The notes beneath the pieces are model-generated. The model was not told where the DNA came from, made no database searches, and saw only the letters and a list, made by a program, of their open reading frames with translations. A stretch of 64,000 bases of DNA. Source: an uncultured Chloroflexia bacterium (GTDB lineage Bacteria > Chloroflexota > Anaerolineae > Anaerolineales > Anaerolineaceae). Location of the stretch: NCBI GenBank assembly GCA_963765655.1, contig CAVXXH010000004.1, positions 21,040 through 85,039 of the forward strand, given 5' to 3'. Shown here piece after piece: positions 9,121 to 18,570 of the stretch. Every line of letters starts with the position of its first letter. Position 1 is the stretch's first letter. A program made the position numbers and the translations under genes.

Positions 9121-10362
9121 CTATTCTTCAATCGTAATTACCCAAAGATGGGATTGATCTGTTATGTAAGCAATCTGTCTTCCATCACCCGATAATGCAA
9201 ATGATTCGACTTTTCCCCTTGCAATCTGTGGATCAACCAGAATTTCTTTTGATTGGTTATTAATATCCAATTTATAAAACGATGATCCACCTTCTTCAAA
9301 ATTGTAAATCGGATAAATTATTGAATCACTATCAGGGATCCATTGAAAAGGTGAATTTATATAATTTATTTTGGTCTCTGTAAATTTTCCATTTTCCAAT
9401 ACAAATTTATGGAATGTACTATTTGAATCAATACATCCCAACCGGTATGGGTTGGTCGGATCCCATTCTGCGGAAATTATTGATGGAATTGAATATACGT
9501 GATTGATGTTATGTCCATCGATCATCCAGATCGATAATCCTTCATGATTAAGAAAGCTCAACAACTCCCCATTCGAGGACCCACGGATTTCTTTTACCGG
9601 AAAATAATCCCCCAGGTTTTCAGATTGATATACTTGTAAAGTTTCATTTGGATTCCCATACCATATTTTGAGATCATCAAGAATCGAATATCCAGATCCG
9701 GGTTCCCAACAGATTGTGACGATAGAATTATCCGTCATCCAATAAACAGGGCACTCTCCGCTGCCTATTTCTTTTATCTCTCCTCCATTAATCTGACCAA
9801 AATTTAATGAGGGTATTAAAGCTGGAAAAATATTAGCTACATATGAATCCCCTCTAGGTGAAAACGAGATACTTAATAAATAATTAGGTATTTCAAATAT
9901 AACCTGATCATCATCAAAATATGAATGAATTTCCCCATTGCTGTTCTGATAAAACAGTAATTGATTATCTGTTGTCCATGAAGAAAACCCTACGTCTTCG
10001 TTGATTAACTTTGCTTTTGGTTTATATTTCAATTTATATTCGACTTTTGTTATCTTTCGCGATTGTATGGAGATTTTAGTTTCATAAGGTTCAAAACTCT
10101 TGTTTGTAATCCTTAATTTATGTGTGCCTGTTCTAACATCAATTTCTAGCGGACTAACCCCCACAGATTGCCCATCTATAAAAACCTCGCTACCTTCTGG
10201 AAAAACAATAATTTTTGCTATCCCGGTCTTATCATTTCTAAACAGATTGAATTCCAATTCTCCGGTCTTTTCACCAATAAGGAAAATGATTACAACTCCT
10301 AGGGCTAGAAGGATGATAACAAGAATACCAGAAATTATTATTGAAGTTATTTTTTTATTCAT
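9121..10362 (-). CDS. Membrane-anchored PEGA-domain plus beta-propeller (PD40/TolB-like) protein
   Basis: N-terminal TM helix. PEGA-like motif FPEGSEVFIDGQSVGVSPLEIDVRTGTHKLRI. The C-terminal part has repeated propeller-like segments (SPRGDSYVA, SSNGELLSF, SGDGRQIAYITD). Confidence 0.65.
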   Translation of the reverse strand: MNKKITSIIISGILVIILLALGVVIIFLIGEKTGELEFNLFRNDKTGIAKIIVFPEGSEVFIDGQSVGVSPLEIDVRTGTHKLRITNKSFEPYETKISIQSRKITKVEYKLKYKPKAKLINEDVGFSSWTTDNQLLFYQNSNGEIHSYFDDDQVIFEIPNYLLSISFSPRGDSYVANIFPALIPSLNFGQINGGEIKEIGSGECPVYWMTDNSIVTICWEPGSGYSILDDLKIWYGNPNETLQVYQSENLGDYFPVKEIRGSSNGELLSFLNHEGLSIWMIDGHNINHVYSIPSIISAEWDPTNPYRLGCIDSNSTFHKFVLENGKFTETKINYINSPFQWIPDSDSIIYPIYNFEEGGSSFYKLDINNQSKEILVDPQIARGKVESFALSGDGRQIAYITDQSHLWVITIEE

Positions 10363-10365
10363 AAT

Positions 10366-11778
10366 TTATTGTCCCGGGCATTTGCAATTTTCTTTCTCAG
10401 TACATGTTTCAAAGTTTGTTCCATCATACTCATCAATAATTTTTACCTCTGCCCAGTTTATTAACCATAGATCTTTTGGGCCAGGGCACACATTCAATGA
10501 ATGTGCATTTGGATTTATTAATGTGGCCCCAACTGGTGTATAAGGAGTAGTCTTAAATTTTTCTTTTGTTAAAATATCACCCCACCAGAAACTTTGAAAA
10601 TGTAAATGCGGTCCAGTAGAATACTTACCTGTCGATCCCATTAGGCCAATAATCTGTCCTTGTTTTACTGGTTCTCCTTTTTTGACCTTTTCATCAATTT
10701 TTTCTAAATGCCAATATAGTGTCACGAACGAACCATGATCTATCGCAATAGAATTGCCTACAATAGAATCAAACTTAGCATAATAAACTACTCCTTCTGA
10801 TACTGCTCTGACATATTTATTGGGTACTGTGGTTATACAATTAAGGTCAATTCCTGAATGTAAACTTATATGGAAATCATTAGTTCCACTCCAGGCTGTA
10901 ACACAGCTCATTTTTTCATCTGCTTGGAATAGCCCTTCTACATCCGAGCCAAAAGGCCATTGGAAATTAGGAGAATCAAGTGAATAATTTAAATCTATGC
11001 TTGGTATATCATATCCCTTAACAATAATGAGAAATTTGTTTTTAGTACTGTCATCCTTAATTGAAATTAATTGTTCAGTTTTTACCCCAGTAGACCAGTC
11101 AATTATTTTCATTGGTTCTTCCACAGAGTAAGGGATGTCGATGTCTTTTATAAGACTTCCACTTCTGTATATTGAAAGACAAAATCCTGGATATGCTTGT
11201 CCGGAAATACTAATTTTGGGTGGCACAGGATTTTCAGGGTTTGGACCAATAATTATGGGCATCACATTTTGAGGGTTCAATATCATAATTTCGCTGTAAT
11301 CACCTTCACTTCCATCAACAGTTATAGTTGCTGCAACAAATAAACTCTCAATTTTTAACTCAACATCTTCAATTGTCCATTTTCTTGAATCAAGGGATAT
11401 ATCGTTCTCACCAGCTAAAGTCACAGTACCTAATAATTCACCTCTGATAATCTCCCCATCACACCCATTAGGTCGAACTGTATATAAATTTATCACAGGG
11501 GGATTTGTAGAATTAAGATCACTTTGGTTTGGTGAAAAACCGCTAAAAGTCGCTATTGTCGGAGTAGTTATTGGGGGTTTAGGCTCTAGGATTATTGGGA
11601 TTGGAATTTGCCCTTCGGGCAATGCTTTTAAATAACCTATATATTCTGTAAAAATTGAAAGATATGGAGATATATTTGGAGGTATTCTTGGATCATCGGA
11701 AGGAACGTCACATGCAAAACTTAAAATTGTTATCACAACAACAAGAATGAGTAGATATTTTCTATGAGGGGATTTCAT
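10366..11778 (-). CDS. M23 (LytM) family metallopeptidase lipoprotein
   Basis: Start moved to ATG 11778, which forms an ATGA overlap with the stop of the upstream gene. The signal is MKSPHRKYLLILVVVITILSFAC (lipobox-like). M23 motifs are HSGIDL, HGSFVTLYWHL and GSTGKYSTGPHLHF. Confidence 0.8.
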   Translation of the reverse strand: MKSPHRKYLLILVVVITILSFACDVPSDDPRIPPNISPYLSIFTEYIGYLKALPEGQIPIPIILEPKPPITTPTIATFSGFSPNQSDLNSTNPPVINLYTVRPNGCDGEIIRGELLGTVTLAGENDISLDSRKWTIEDVELKIESLFVAATITVDGSEGDYSEIMILNPQNVMPIIIGPNPENPVPPKISISGQAYPGFCLSIYRSGSLIKDIDIPYSVEEPMKIIDWSTGVKTEQLISIKDDSTKNKFLIIVKGYDIPSIDLNYSLDSPNFQWPFGSDVEGLFQADEKMSCVTAWSGTNDFHISLHSGIDLNCITTVPNKYVRAVSEGVVYYAKFDSIVGNSIAIDHGSFVTLYWHLEKIDEKVKKGEPVKQGQIIGLMGSTGKYSTGPHLHFQSFWWGDILTKEKFKTTPYTPVGATLINPNAHSLNVCPGPKDLWLINWAEVKIIDEYDGTNFETCTEKENCKCPGQ

Positions 11779-13352
11779 TCGACTTTTGTCCTGTGGATAT
11801 GATATTTTGAAAAAGAAATAATCAGTAATGTATTGGAGAATAAAAATATACAAACGAGCATGATCAAAATCAATAAATAGTCATTTTGCCCATCAGATTG
11901 AATATTCTCTAAAGGCAAATTCGACTCAACCAGAATGTGGTTAATCTCATTCATTTTCAATTGCCAGGTTACCTGATTTCCTATTAATTCTTGTCCATTA
12001 TGATAGACTACCATACCTGGCATCTCAACATCATATCTCAATGTTAGTTGATTCATTTCTTTGTTCATCATCGATTGCACATTTGAATCCATACCTGGTA
12101 TTTTTTCAAAAAATCCAGCAGTGTCAATCGTAGCAAAGAACCTGTATACCATCACATCACCATCAGCATATTTTTCAGCAAAAACCCATGATGCTTGTCC
12201 GGAATCTTTTGATACCTTGGATAATTCTTCCAGGCTTCCAAAGGATTTCTGAAATAGTATTTCTTCTGTTTGTCCATAATCAATATGATCAACCAATAAA
12301 CCACTTCCCCTCAGGCTTTTCTTCCAGGATTCCAAATATCCTTTAAGTCCAGGCACTTTTCTGAAAAATTCCATATTTTCTTTTGTGTCAATCAATGATG
12401 TTAATATAGCCCCGCTGCCATCGGGATTTAGAGATGTTTTAATATTTAATTCACAAGCGCTTGTAAGAAATGTAATCAATATTAACGTCAAAATCGGTGA
12501 AATTATTTTTTCCTTATATCTTGAATAACGAAAAGACCTCCAAAAAAGAAAAGTTACACAAAAAATCATCCAAATTACCACAAAAATGGCCAGTCGTATC
12601 AACCATAAACCCTCCCAAAGGGCGTTTATTGGATCTTTATTTATCCGTTGAACTCGGAATGCATTTATCAAATTTGTTTCTTTATCATAAATACCACTGA
12701 CTTCTATAGGATCTCCAAGTTTGAAAAAGCCAATATTTCCACGATAAAAAACCGATACATCACTTCCTAACCCTGATATTTCAAGTAATGAGGCTTGTGG
12801 TAAATCTTCTGTAATTTCCTGTTCTAATGGAGCTATTCTGCTTAAAATGCCTTGAATTTTATATGCGTCTCCATTTTTGTAAGTTCTTTTTTGTGTCGGA
12901 TCCCCTAAATTATGCAAAATAAAATTTGAACCAATTTCACTTGGATTGTAATATTTATTAATAATTAAATTGGTTTGCTCCAGTTCTCTTTCTGAAATCC
13001 TTTTACTTGATGTTAATTGAGGAAACTCAGGGGCTTTTACCGTCAAATATTCTGTGATTTTTGGGTTTTCTTGATTGAACCAATATATAGCCAACCCAAA
13101 AATACTCGCCAAAATTAAAAACAACATGATCGAAGCCACCCAAAAGATAATATTTTTGGGTGGCTTTCCTTTGTTAATTGGTTTTATTTCCTGTGAATGT
13201 CTTGGAATTATTTTTTTTTTGTTAGTAATATCTTTGTCCGGAATTTCTACTTTTGTTGTTGTTGTGAATTGGAATTGAGTTCCACAATTAAAACAATATT
13301 TTGCATCTTCCGGAATTAAGTGGTGACAATTGGAACATTCTTTTGTTACCAT
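11775..13352 (-). CDS. Zinc-ribbon protein with several TM segments and an LppM/DUF3153-like region, function unknown
   Basis: N-terminus CSNCHH..AKYCFNCG. TM helices occur near aa 70, 250, 285 and at the C-terminus. There is an internal lipobox-like FLTSAC. The domain assignment is from memory only. Confidence 0.55.
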   Translation of the reverse strand: MVTKECSNCHHLIPEDAKYCFNCGTQFQFTTTTKVEIPDKDITNKKKIIPRHSQEIKPINKGKPPKNIIFWVASIMLFLILASIFGLAIYWFNQENPKITEYLTVKAPEFPQLTSSKRISERELEQTNLIINKYYNPSEIGSNFILHNLGDPTQKRTYKNGDAYKIQGILSRIAPLEQEITEDLPQASLLEISGLGSDVSVFYRGNIGFFKLGDPIEVSGIYDKETNLINAFRVQRINKDPINALWEGLWLIRLAIFVVIWMIFCVTFLFWRSFRYSRYKEKIISPILTLILITFLTSACELNIKTSLNPDGSGAILTSLIDTKENMEFFRKVPGLKGYLESWKKSLRGSGLLVDHIDYGQTEEILFQKSFGSLEELSKVSKDSGQASWVFAEKYADGDVMVYRFFATIDTAGFFEKIPGMDSNVQSMMNKEMNQLTLRYDVEMPGMVVYHNGQELIGNQVTWQLKMNEINHILVESNLPLENIQSDGQNDYLLILIMLVCIFLFSNTLLIISFSKYHIHRTKVE

Positions 13353-13391
13353 ATTGCTCCCTAACTTTTGATTGCCACTAATGAAAAAATT

Positions 13392-15029
13392 TTATCTTGT
13401 ATTTAATAATAGAGTTATCAGACCATCATAAGGTTGAAAAATTGATTTGCTGTCTTTTCCATTAACCTTAACTGAAAATAATTCAGATACTGGTCTTCCT
13501 CGTTCAAGATCTTCTACTTTGCTATAAACAATGTTTCTTCCATTGTTAGTAAATTGGAATGACCACACATCGCTATCAATTCTTACTTTGTTATTTCCTT
13601 CTATATCACAAACATTTAATGTCCCACCCTGATTGTTAGAATTGTATTCTATGTAAGCAATATGCTTCTTATCTGGTGAAAATTCATAACCATATAAATT
13701 ACTTCCCCGATCAATTTGAGTGTGATTTTTTCCATCCAAACTTGCCAAATGCAATTCAATGTCATTTCCTTCGTCACTTACAGTGTAAAGAATATTTTTT
13801 TCATCCTCTGATAACACAATTCCAAGGAAATTGCTTTCAGAATTGTTTCTAGCGGATAGGTTTAAATATTTGTCAACCCGCAATTTTGAATTCTTTTTAA
13901 GATCCAAAACATATAAATCATAATAACCGTCAACATAATCTAAAATTAATAATTTATTGTTGTCTGTTATTGGAATAGGAATTCCCATTCCCTTTGCATC
14001 ATAAATCTGTGATGAAATATTATCTTTTATGGTTATTTTATTTATCCCATCTTCATCGGTAACAAAAATAGATTTTCCATCAGATGTTGTTGGAAAGTAT
14101 GCTCCTACAAGACCATCAGATTCAATTTCTCCAATCCATTCCTCGCTCCCGGTATTAATATCAATTAAATATAATGAACTGAATGTTTTATCTTCACCCT
14201 CAGCTTTATACGCAATCATTTTGTCTTCATTTGGGTCATAACTCCCATATGAATATTCAAGGAATTCAGCAATCTGGTTTCCTTGCATATCAATAAAAAT
14301 AAGTGAGTTATCAGTTGTATCACTAAAATTACTTAAAACATACCCATAATATTTTCCACTTGGAGAGAATCCTATTGGGAAGAAAGTTCTTCCATCTAGA
14401 TCTATTTCAACATAGATTTGATTTTGTCCAGATATTGGAATTAAAACAATTTCTTCGTTTTCATTGCTGTATACAGCGAAAAAATCTTTATTTTTAGCAA
14501 TATTAGCATCTTGAAAATATGAAACATAATAATTTACCAGATTTACTCCATCAGGGTCGCTAAAAATTTCCATTAAATCGTTGCCATTTGGCCTTATTGA
14601 GTAAATCTCAGTAATTTTTCCAGTATCGGATGATTCTTGAACAGTATAAATTAATTTTTCAGGTGCACTGAATATACCTTTATCAAAGAATCCTGTGAAA
14701 TATAAAAAGGCTGTACCAGCCACAATAATAATAAGGAATACTAAAATTAAACCCCCAATTATTAGAGGTTTATTTTTTTTCGAAGATTTCTTAAGAGAAT
14801 CCCCTTTATATTCAGAAGCTAAGTACTCTTCATTTTCAGAATATTCACTTTCTTCAAAAACTACATTCTCTGTTGCTTCAATATTTGGGTTAAATTCAGA
14901 AGCGTCAGATTGTCTTTGTTCGTTTATTTCGTTCTTGGGGGGCAATTCTCCTGTAACGAGATCTGCTCCACAACTCACGCAAAACTTGTAACCTTCTTCA
15001 TTTTTTGTACCACAATTTAAACAAAACAT
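13392..15029 (-). CDS. Zinc-ribbon/TM-anchored PD40-type beta-propeller protein
   Basis: The likely start is ATG 15029, with GGAGGGAG SD 5 nt upstream; the ORF track starts at 15041. N-terminus is MFCLNCGTKNEEGYKFCVSCG, followed by a TM helix. Repeated TolB-like segments include SPSGKYYGY, SDGKSIFVTDEDG, SPDKKHIAYIE and NNGRNIVYSK. Confidence 0.75.
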   Translation of the reverse strand: MFCLNCGTKNEEGYKFCVSCGADLVTGELPPKNEINEQRQSDASEFNPNIEATENVVFEESEYSENEEYLASEYKGDSLKKSSKKNKPLIIGGLILVFLIIIVAGTAFLYFTGFFDKGIFSAPEKLIYTVQESSDTGKITEIYSIRPNGNDLMEIFSDPDGVNLVNYYVSYFQDANIAKNKDFFAVYSNENEEIVLIPISGQNQIYVEIDLDGRTFFPIGFSPSGKYYGYVLSNFSDTTDNSLIFIDMQGNQIAEFLEYSYGSYDPNEDKMIAYKAEGEDKTFSSLYLIDINTGSEEWIGEIESDGLVGAYFPTTSDGKSIFVTDEDGINKITIKDNISSQIYDAKGMGIPIPITDNNKLLILDYVDGYYDLYVLDLKKNSKLRVDKYLNLSARNNSESNFLGIVLSEDEKNILYTVSDEGNDIELHLASLDGKNHTQIDRGSNLYGYEFSPDKKHIAYIEYNSNNQGGTLNVCDIEGNNKVRIDSDVWSFQFTNNGRNIVYSKVEDLERGRPVSELFSVKVNGKDSKSIFQPYDGLITLLLNTR

Positions 15030-15226
15030 TTCTCCCTCCATTCAATTAATGTAATCAATACAGAATAAATTCATAATTAATTCTTAAAAATATAGGAAAT
15101 TCATATAAATTTGAAAACTTGATAATCCCCATGATAGTAATGAAACACGAATGATAAGGGTTTTTAAGGAGATTAATCCTGTAATAAATTAATTATATTG
15201 ATAAAAAAAATTATTACAATAAATTT

Positions 15227-15452
15227 TTATCTATTTTCAAGTAATTCATAATTCAACCCATGACCTTGATTATCAAGTGATAAAATGGTAACCATCCCTT
15301 CAAGGTTTTCTATTCCGACAGTTATAGTAAAGCTTCCGGTATTATTCCAGTGATGTATATCGTCATTAATAGCCAATATTAATTCTCCTCCCAGGTCAAT
15401 ATTTGAAGTATAAAATGATCCGACTAAAAACCAATCACCTTCATCAATTTTT
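15227..15452 (-). pseudogene. Orphan C-terminal fragment of a low-GC beta-sandwich/lectin-like domain, truncated at the island junction
   Basis: The translation DEGDWFLVGSFYTSNIDLGGELILAINDD....NNTGSFTITVGIE looks like the end of a carbohydrate-binding-type domain. The upstream sequence switches abruptly to the GC-rich repeat at about 15453, in a different frame. No credible start or N-terminus exists. Confidence 0.35.
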
Positions 15453-15644
15453 CCAATCCATCCCCGGATCCCACTCCGCACCTGCCAGCGTCCTTAGCCT
15501 CCCCCTGGAATCCATCCTCCACTCCACATCCTCTTTCCGCCGCCACACCACCAGATTGCGCTGCGCATCCACCATGACGTCCAGTTTCCTCCCATCCACA
15601 GCCCCCACCTGCAGCAGATTCTCGATCTCTTCCCGGCACGTCAA
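15444..15644 (-). pseudogene. Remnant of a small G-rich ORF (copy A, 3'-truncated, no ATG start)
   Basis: The frame (L)TCREEIENLLQVGAVDGRKLDVMVDAQRNLVVWRRKEDVEWRMDSRGRLRTLAGAEWDPGMDW has third codon positions dominated by G. Differences from copy B are mainly synonymous. It ends 2 codons past the repeat boundary. Confidence 0.45.
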
Positions 15645-15896
15645 CCGCAGCTATTTATTTGTTACGAACTCCCTCCATTTATCCCAGAGGTCATTTCAAT
15701 TGGAGGTTTCTATGCCTTCAACCCTCATGTTATCTTCTAATTCACAATCCAATTTTCAATCATCTCAAATGGTGCGTTTTATCGCACCTTGCGCTCAATT
15801 CTTTGTTTGCTCATTGTTGGTGAATTTCAAACCCGACAATGTGGATATTGATTAAATGGTAGCCTCAATATTTGATGTTTAGAAAATAATCGAAAT
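15453..15896. repeat. Direct repeat copy A (about 444 bp): GC-rich part 15453-15650 plus AT-rich part 15650-15896
   Basis: Aligns base-for-base with 18378-18822 at an offset of 2925 bp, with one 1-nt indel. Identity is roughly 92% in the GC-rich part and 96% in the AT-rich part by manual alignment, including a 100-nt identical stretch. Confidence 0.9.
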
Positions 15897-16016
15897 CAGA
15901 AAAATTCTTGAAACTGCCATGGAATTATCCATCCAATGCACTGTTTATCGGGAAAAAAGTGCAAATGCAAGACTCGACAACCCAAGAACAAAATCTCCGG
16001 TTTGAATATTTTTTCG

Positions 16017-17831
16017 CTACTTCAGAACCATTGGCAGGTACACAAACAAAGCATATTCGTACGATCCAATATCACAGCCTGCACCCTGCGGACGAGTTAC
16101 GCCGCGTTGGTCTGTAGCAGGGCATAAAAGATCATCACCATTGTCTATTGCATCGGAACCGATCAGCAAGGCGTGGGTTTGGGTCGTTCCGCCGTTATCA
16201 GCCAGTGGACCAAGCAAAGGATCTCCGGAAAATTCGGAAGAACAAGTGTCATCTTCGACCCAATTATTTGAATTTGTTCCGATAGACACCATCGTTAACA
16301 CAATCACCACCTGTCATAGAATTGGCAATGATCGTGTTGACATAATTCAACGTGCCATTCAAACTATTGTATATTCCACCACCACCCCCCCACCAATCAC
16401 CAACAACTGCAGAATTACCTGAAAACGTGCTGTTTGTCACTGTAAGAAAACCGCTGTGGCCATTCCAAATTCCACCACCTTGATCGGCAGAATTTTCTGA
16501 AAAGGTGCTGTTTGTCACGGTTGGTGTTCCTCCTGCGTTATATATGCCACCACCCCGCTCGTCGGCAGAATTACCTGAAAAGGTGCTGTTTGTCACGATC
16601 AGGGCTCCAAATGCGTTATATAAGCCACCACCTTCATAACCGGCAGAATTACCTGAAAAGGTGCTATCTGTCACGGTCAGGGTTCCTCCTGCGTTATTTA
16701 TGCCACCACCTTCATAACCGCCAGAATTACCTGAAAAGGTGCTGTCTGTCACGGTCAGGGTTCCTCAAACTTCGTTATATATGCCACCACTCCGCATGTC
16801 GGCAGAATTACCTGAAAAGGTGCTGTTTGTCACGATCAGGGTTCCTCCTCCAGTGTTCATTATTCCACCTCCATAACCATCAGCAGAATTAACTGAAAAG
16901 GTGCTATCCGTCACGGTCAGAGTTCCTTCTGAGTTATATATTCCACCGCCATCATACACAGCAGAATTACCTGAAAAGGTGCTGTTTGTCACGGTAAGGA
17001 TTCCTCCATAGTTCATTATTCCTCCTCCACCGCCATCATACACGGCTGAATTACCTGAAAAGGTGCTATCTGTCACGATCAGGGTTCCTCCTCCATTGTA
17101 TATTCCACCTCCCAAATAGGCAGAATTACCTGAAAAGGTGCTGTTTGTCACGGTTAGGGTTCCAGAATTGAATATTCCACCTCCCATAATGTTCATAATG
17201 GCAGAATTACCTGAAAAGGTGCTGTTTGTTACGGTTAGGGTTCCTCCTGAGTAGTTTATTATTCCACCGCCATCAGAAGCGGCAGAATTACCTGAAAAGG
17301 TGCTGTTTGTCACGGTTAGGGTTCCTCCTGCGTTCATTATTCCACCTCCCGACCAAAAACTGCAGAATTACCTGAAAAGGTGCAATTTGCCACGGTCAGA
17401 TTGCCGCTGTCCTCAATGGAAATACCACCGCCCGTAATATGATCCCATTTTGAATAATTAAACTATCGAACATGGCAACAACCTCTGAATCCTATAACAA
17501 ATACGGCATAAACCATCTTATCGTAGCACCCTCCTCCATCAATCGTGATGGGAACGGCAAGCGCAGAACTATCGATGACCAGATTTTTGTTTATATTTAG
17601 TGGGACGCCACTATAGATCACCTCACCCGACAAACTGGAATCAAATATGATCGTGTCATCCGGATCTGCGTCAAGGATTGCCTGGCGTAGTGAGCTGGCA
17701 CCACTATCATTTGTATTTGTGACAGTGATGGTTTCTGCAGACACAGATCTAACGTTGATTGCACTGCCGAACAGCAAAGACAGTACAGCAAAGATGGACA
17801 ATACATGGGTCAGTGACTTGATTCTTGTCAT
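16017..17831 (-). pseudogene. Secreted PMP-repeat right-handed beta-helix protein with a choice-of-anchor-Q-like C-terminus, disrupted
   Basis: GGGAGG SD and the signal peptide [32 protein letters not shown], then [31 protein letters not shown]. About 13 repeats of GGGI.N.GGTLTVTNSTFSGNSA follow. The C-terminus reads [43 protein letters not shown]. The reading frame is split over four ORF-track pieces (17463-17831, 16765-17337, 16264-16752, 16017-16310), with further shifts near 17440 and 17355 and an in-frame TGA at 16765-16767. Confidence 0.8.
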
Positions 17832-18308
17832 GGTTTTATTTCCTCCCGGGATTCTGATCAGCTATAGTTTTTTATTTAGATAGATTTTTGGAATAAAACT
17901 AATTTATTTGTTTTCAGGATTGAATAGGGAAGACCTTACCCATTTTTCAATCTTTATAATTAAAATGCCAAATTACTGGATAGACCCGTTAGTATCCGTT
18001 CTTTCTTTCCTTAATCCTTTTTCAGGAAACCCTTTTATTTATTCAATTAAAAAAAATAAATCAGAAACAATGATCCTGGTAGCTGATATGTACATTAGTG
18101 GGATAATTATGTGGTTTGATGGGATTGTATGATTGTTAATACTGTATCATTTATTGGATTAATATACAACAATTACATTACATGCAAGTGATCAATGGCG
18201 GGAGAGAGCACGGTCTGAGGTGAACATCCAGCTTTTGTATTTAGAAATATGCAGGCGTCGAAGTCAGACGAGTCGAGAATTCCTTGTTCTGGAGCAAACT
18301 CCCCCTCT

Positions 18309-18570
18309 CTACCCCCTCCACTCCCACTCCTCCAACCTAACCACCTCCCCAAACTCCGTCACCGCCAAGCCCCCCAACCAATCCATCCCCGGATCCCACT
18401 CCGCACCTGCCAGAGTCCGCAACCGCCCCCTGGAATCCATTCTCCACTCCGCAACCTCTTTCCGCCGCCACACCACCAGATTGCGCTGCAGCATCCACCA
18501 TGGCATCCAGCTTCGACCCATCCACAGCCCCCACCTGCAGCAGATTCTCGATCTCTTCCCGGCACGTCAA
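18309..18570 (-). pseudogene. Small G-rich ORF (copy B, full 3' end, interrupted by a 1-nt insertion)
   Basis: Same frame as copy A up to ..KLDAMVDA. An extra T relative to copy A (GATGCTGCAGCGC versus GATGCGCAGCGC) then shifts the frame. The continuing frame reads QRNLVVWRRKEVAEWRMDSRGRLRTLAGAEWDPGMDWLGGLAVTEFGEVVRLEEWEWRG-stop. Confidence 0.45.

Noticed and set aside
15403-15855. The plus-strand Pro/Ser-rich ORFs across the repeats (15403-15855, 18220-18666, 18249-18749, 18500-18781) and the alternative minus-strand Gly-rich frames (15424-15639, 18359-18565).
   Set aside because: They are low-complexity translations of a C-rich or G-rich strand. Differences between the copies are non-synonymous in these frames, whereas they are largely synonymous in the ...EEIENLLQVG... 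frame.
16765-16767. The in-frame TGA at a Gly position of the beta-helix repeat considered as evidence for UGA=Gly recoding (genetic code 25) in the host or donor.
   Set aside because: Many genes in the window clearly terminate at TGA, for example 671-673, the ATGA/GTGA overlaps and the parA stop. The codon is one substitution from GGA. The same gene also carries several frameshifts, so a nonsense mutation in a pseudogene is the simpler reading.
16141-16892. Plus-strand ORFs inside the beta-helix gene (16141-16422, and 16512-16892 with RQNYLKRCCLSRSG repeats).
   Set aside because: They are antisense shadows of the 78-bp coding repeats. They have no SD or start context, and the repetitive peptide simply mirrors the minus-strand repeat.
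17908-18132. A 74-aa plus-strand ORF in the AT-rich spacer between the beta-helix gene and repeat copy B.
   Set aside because: It has no SD, an AT-rich low-information sequence and a TTG start. It lies in the probable promoter region of the minus-strand gene, and nothing supports coding.
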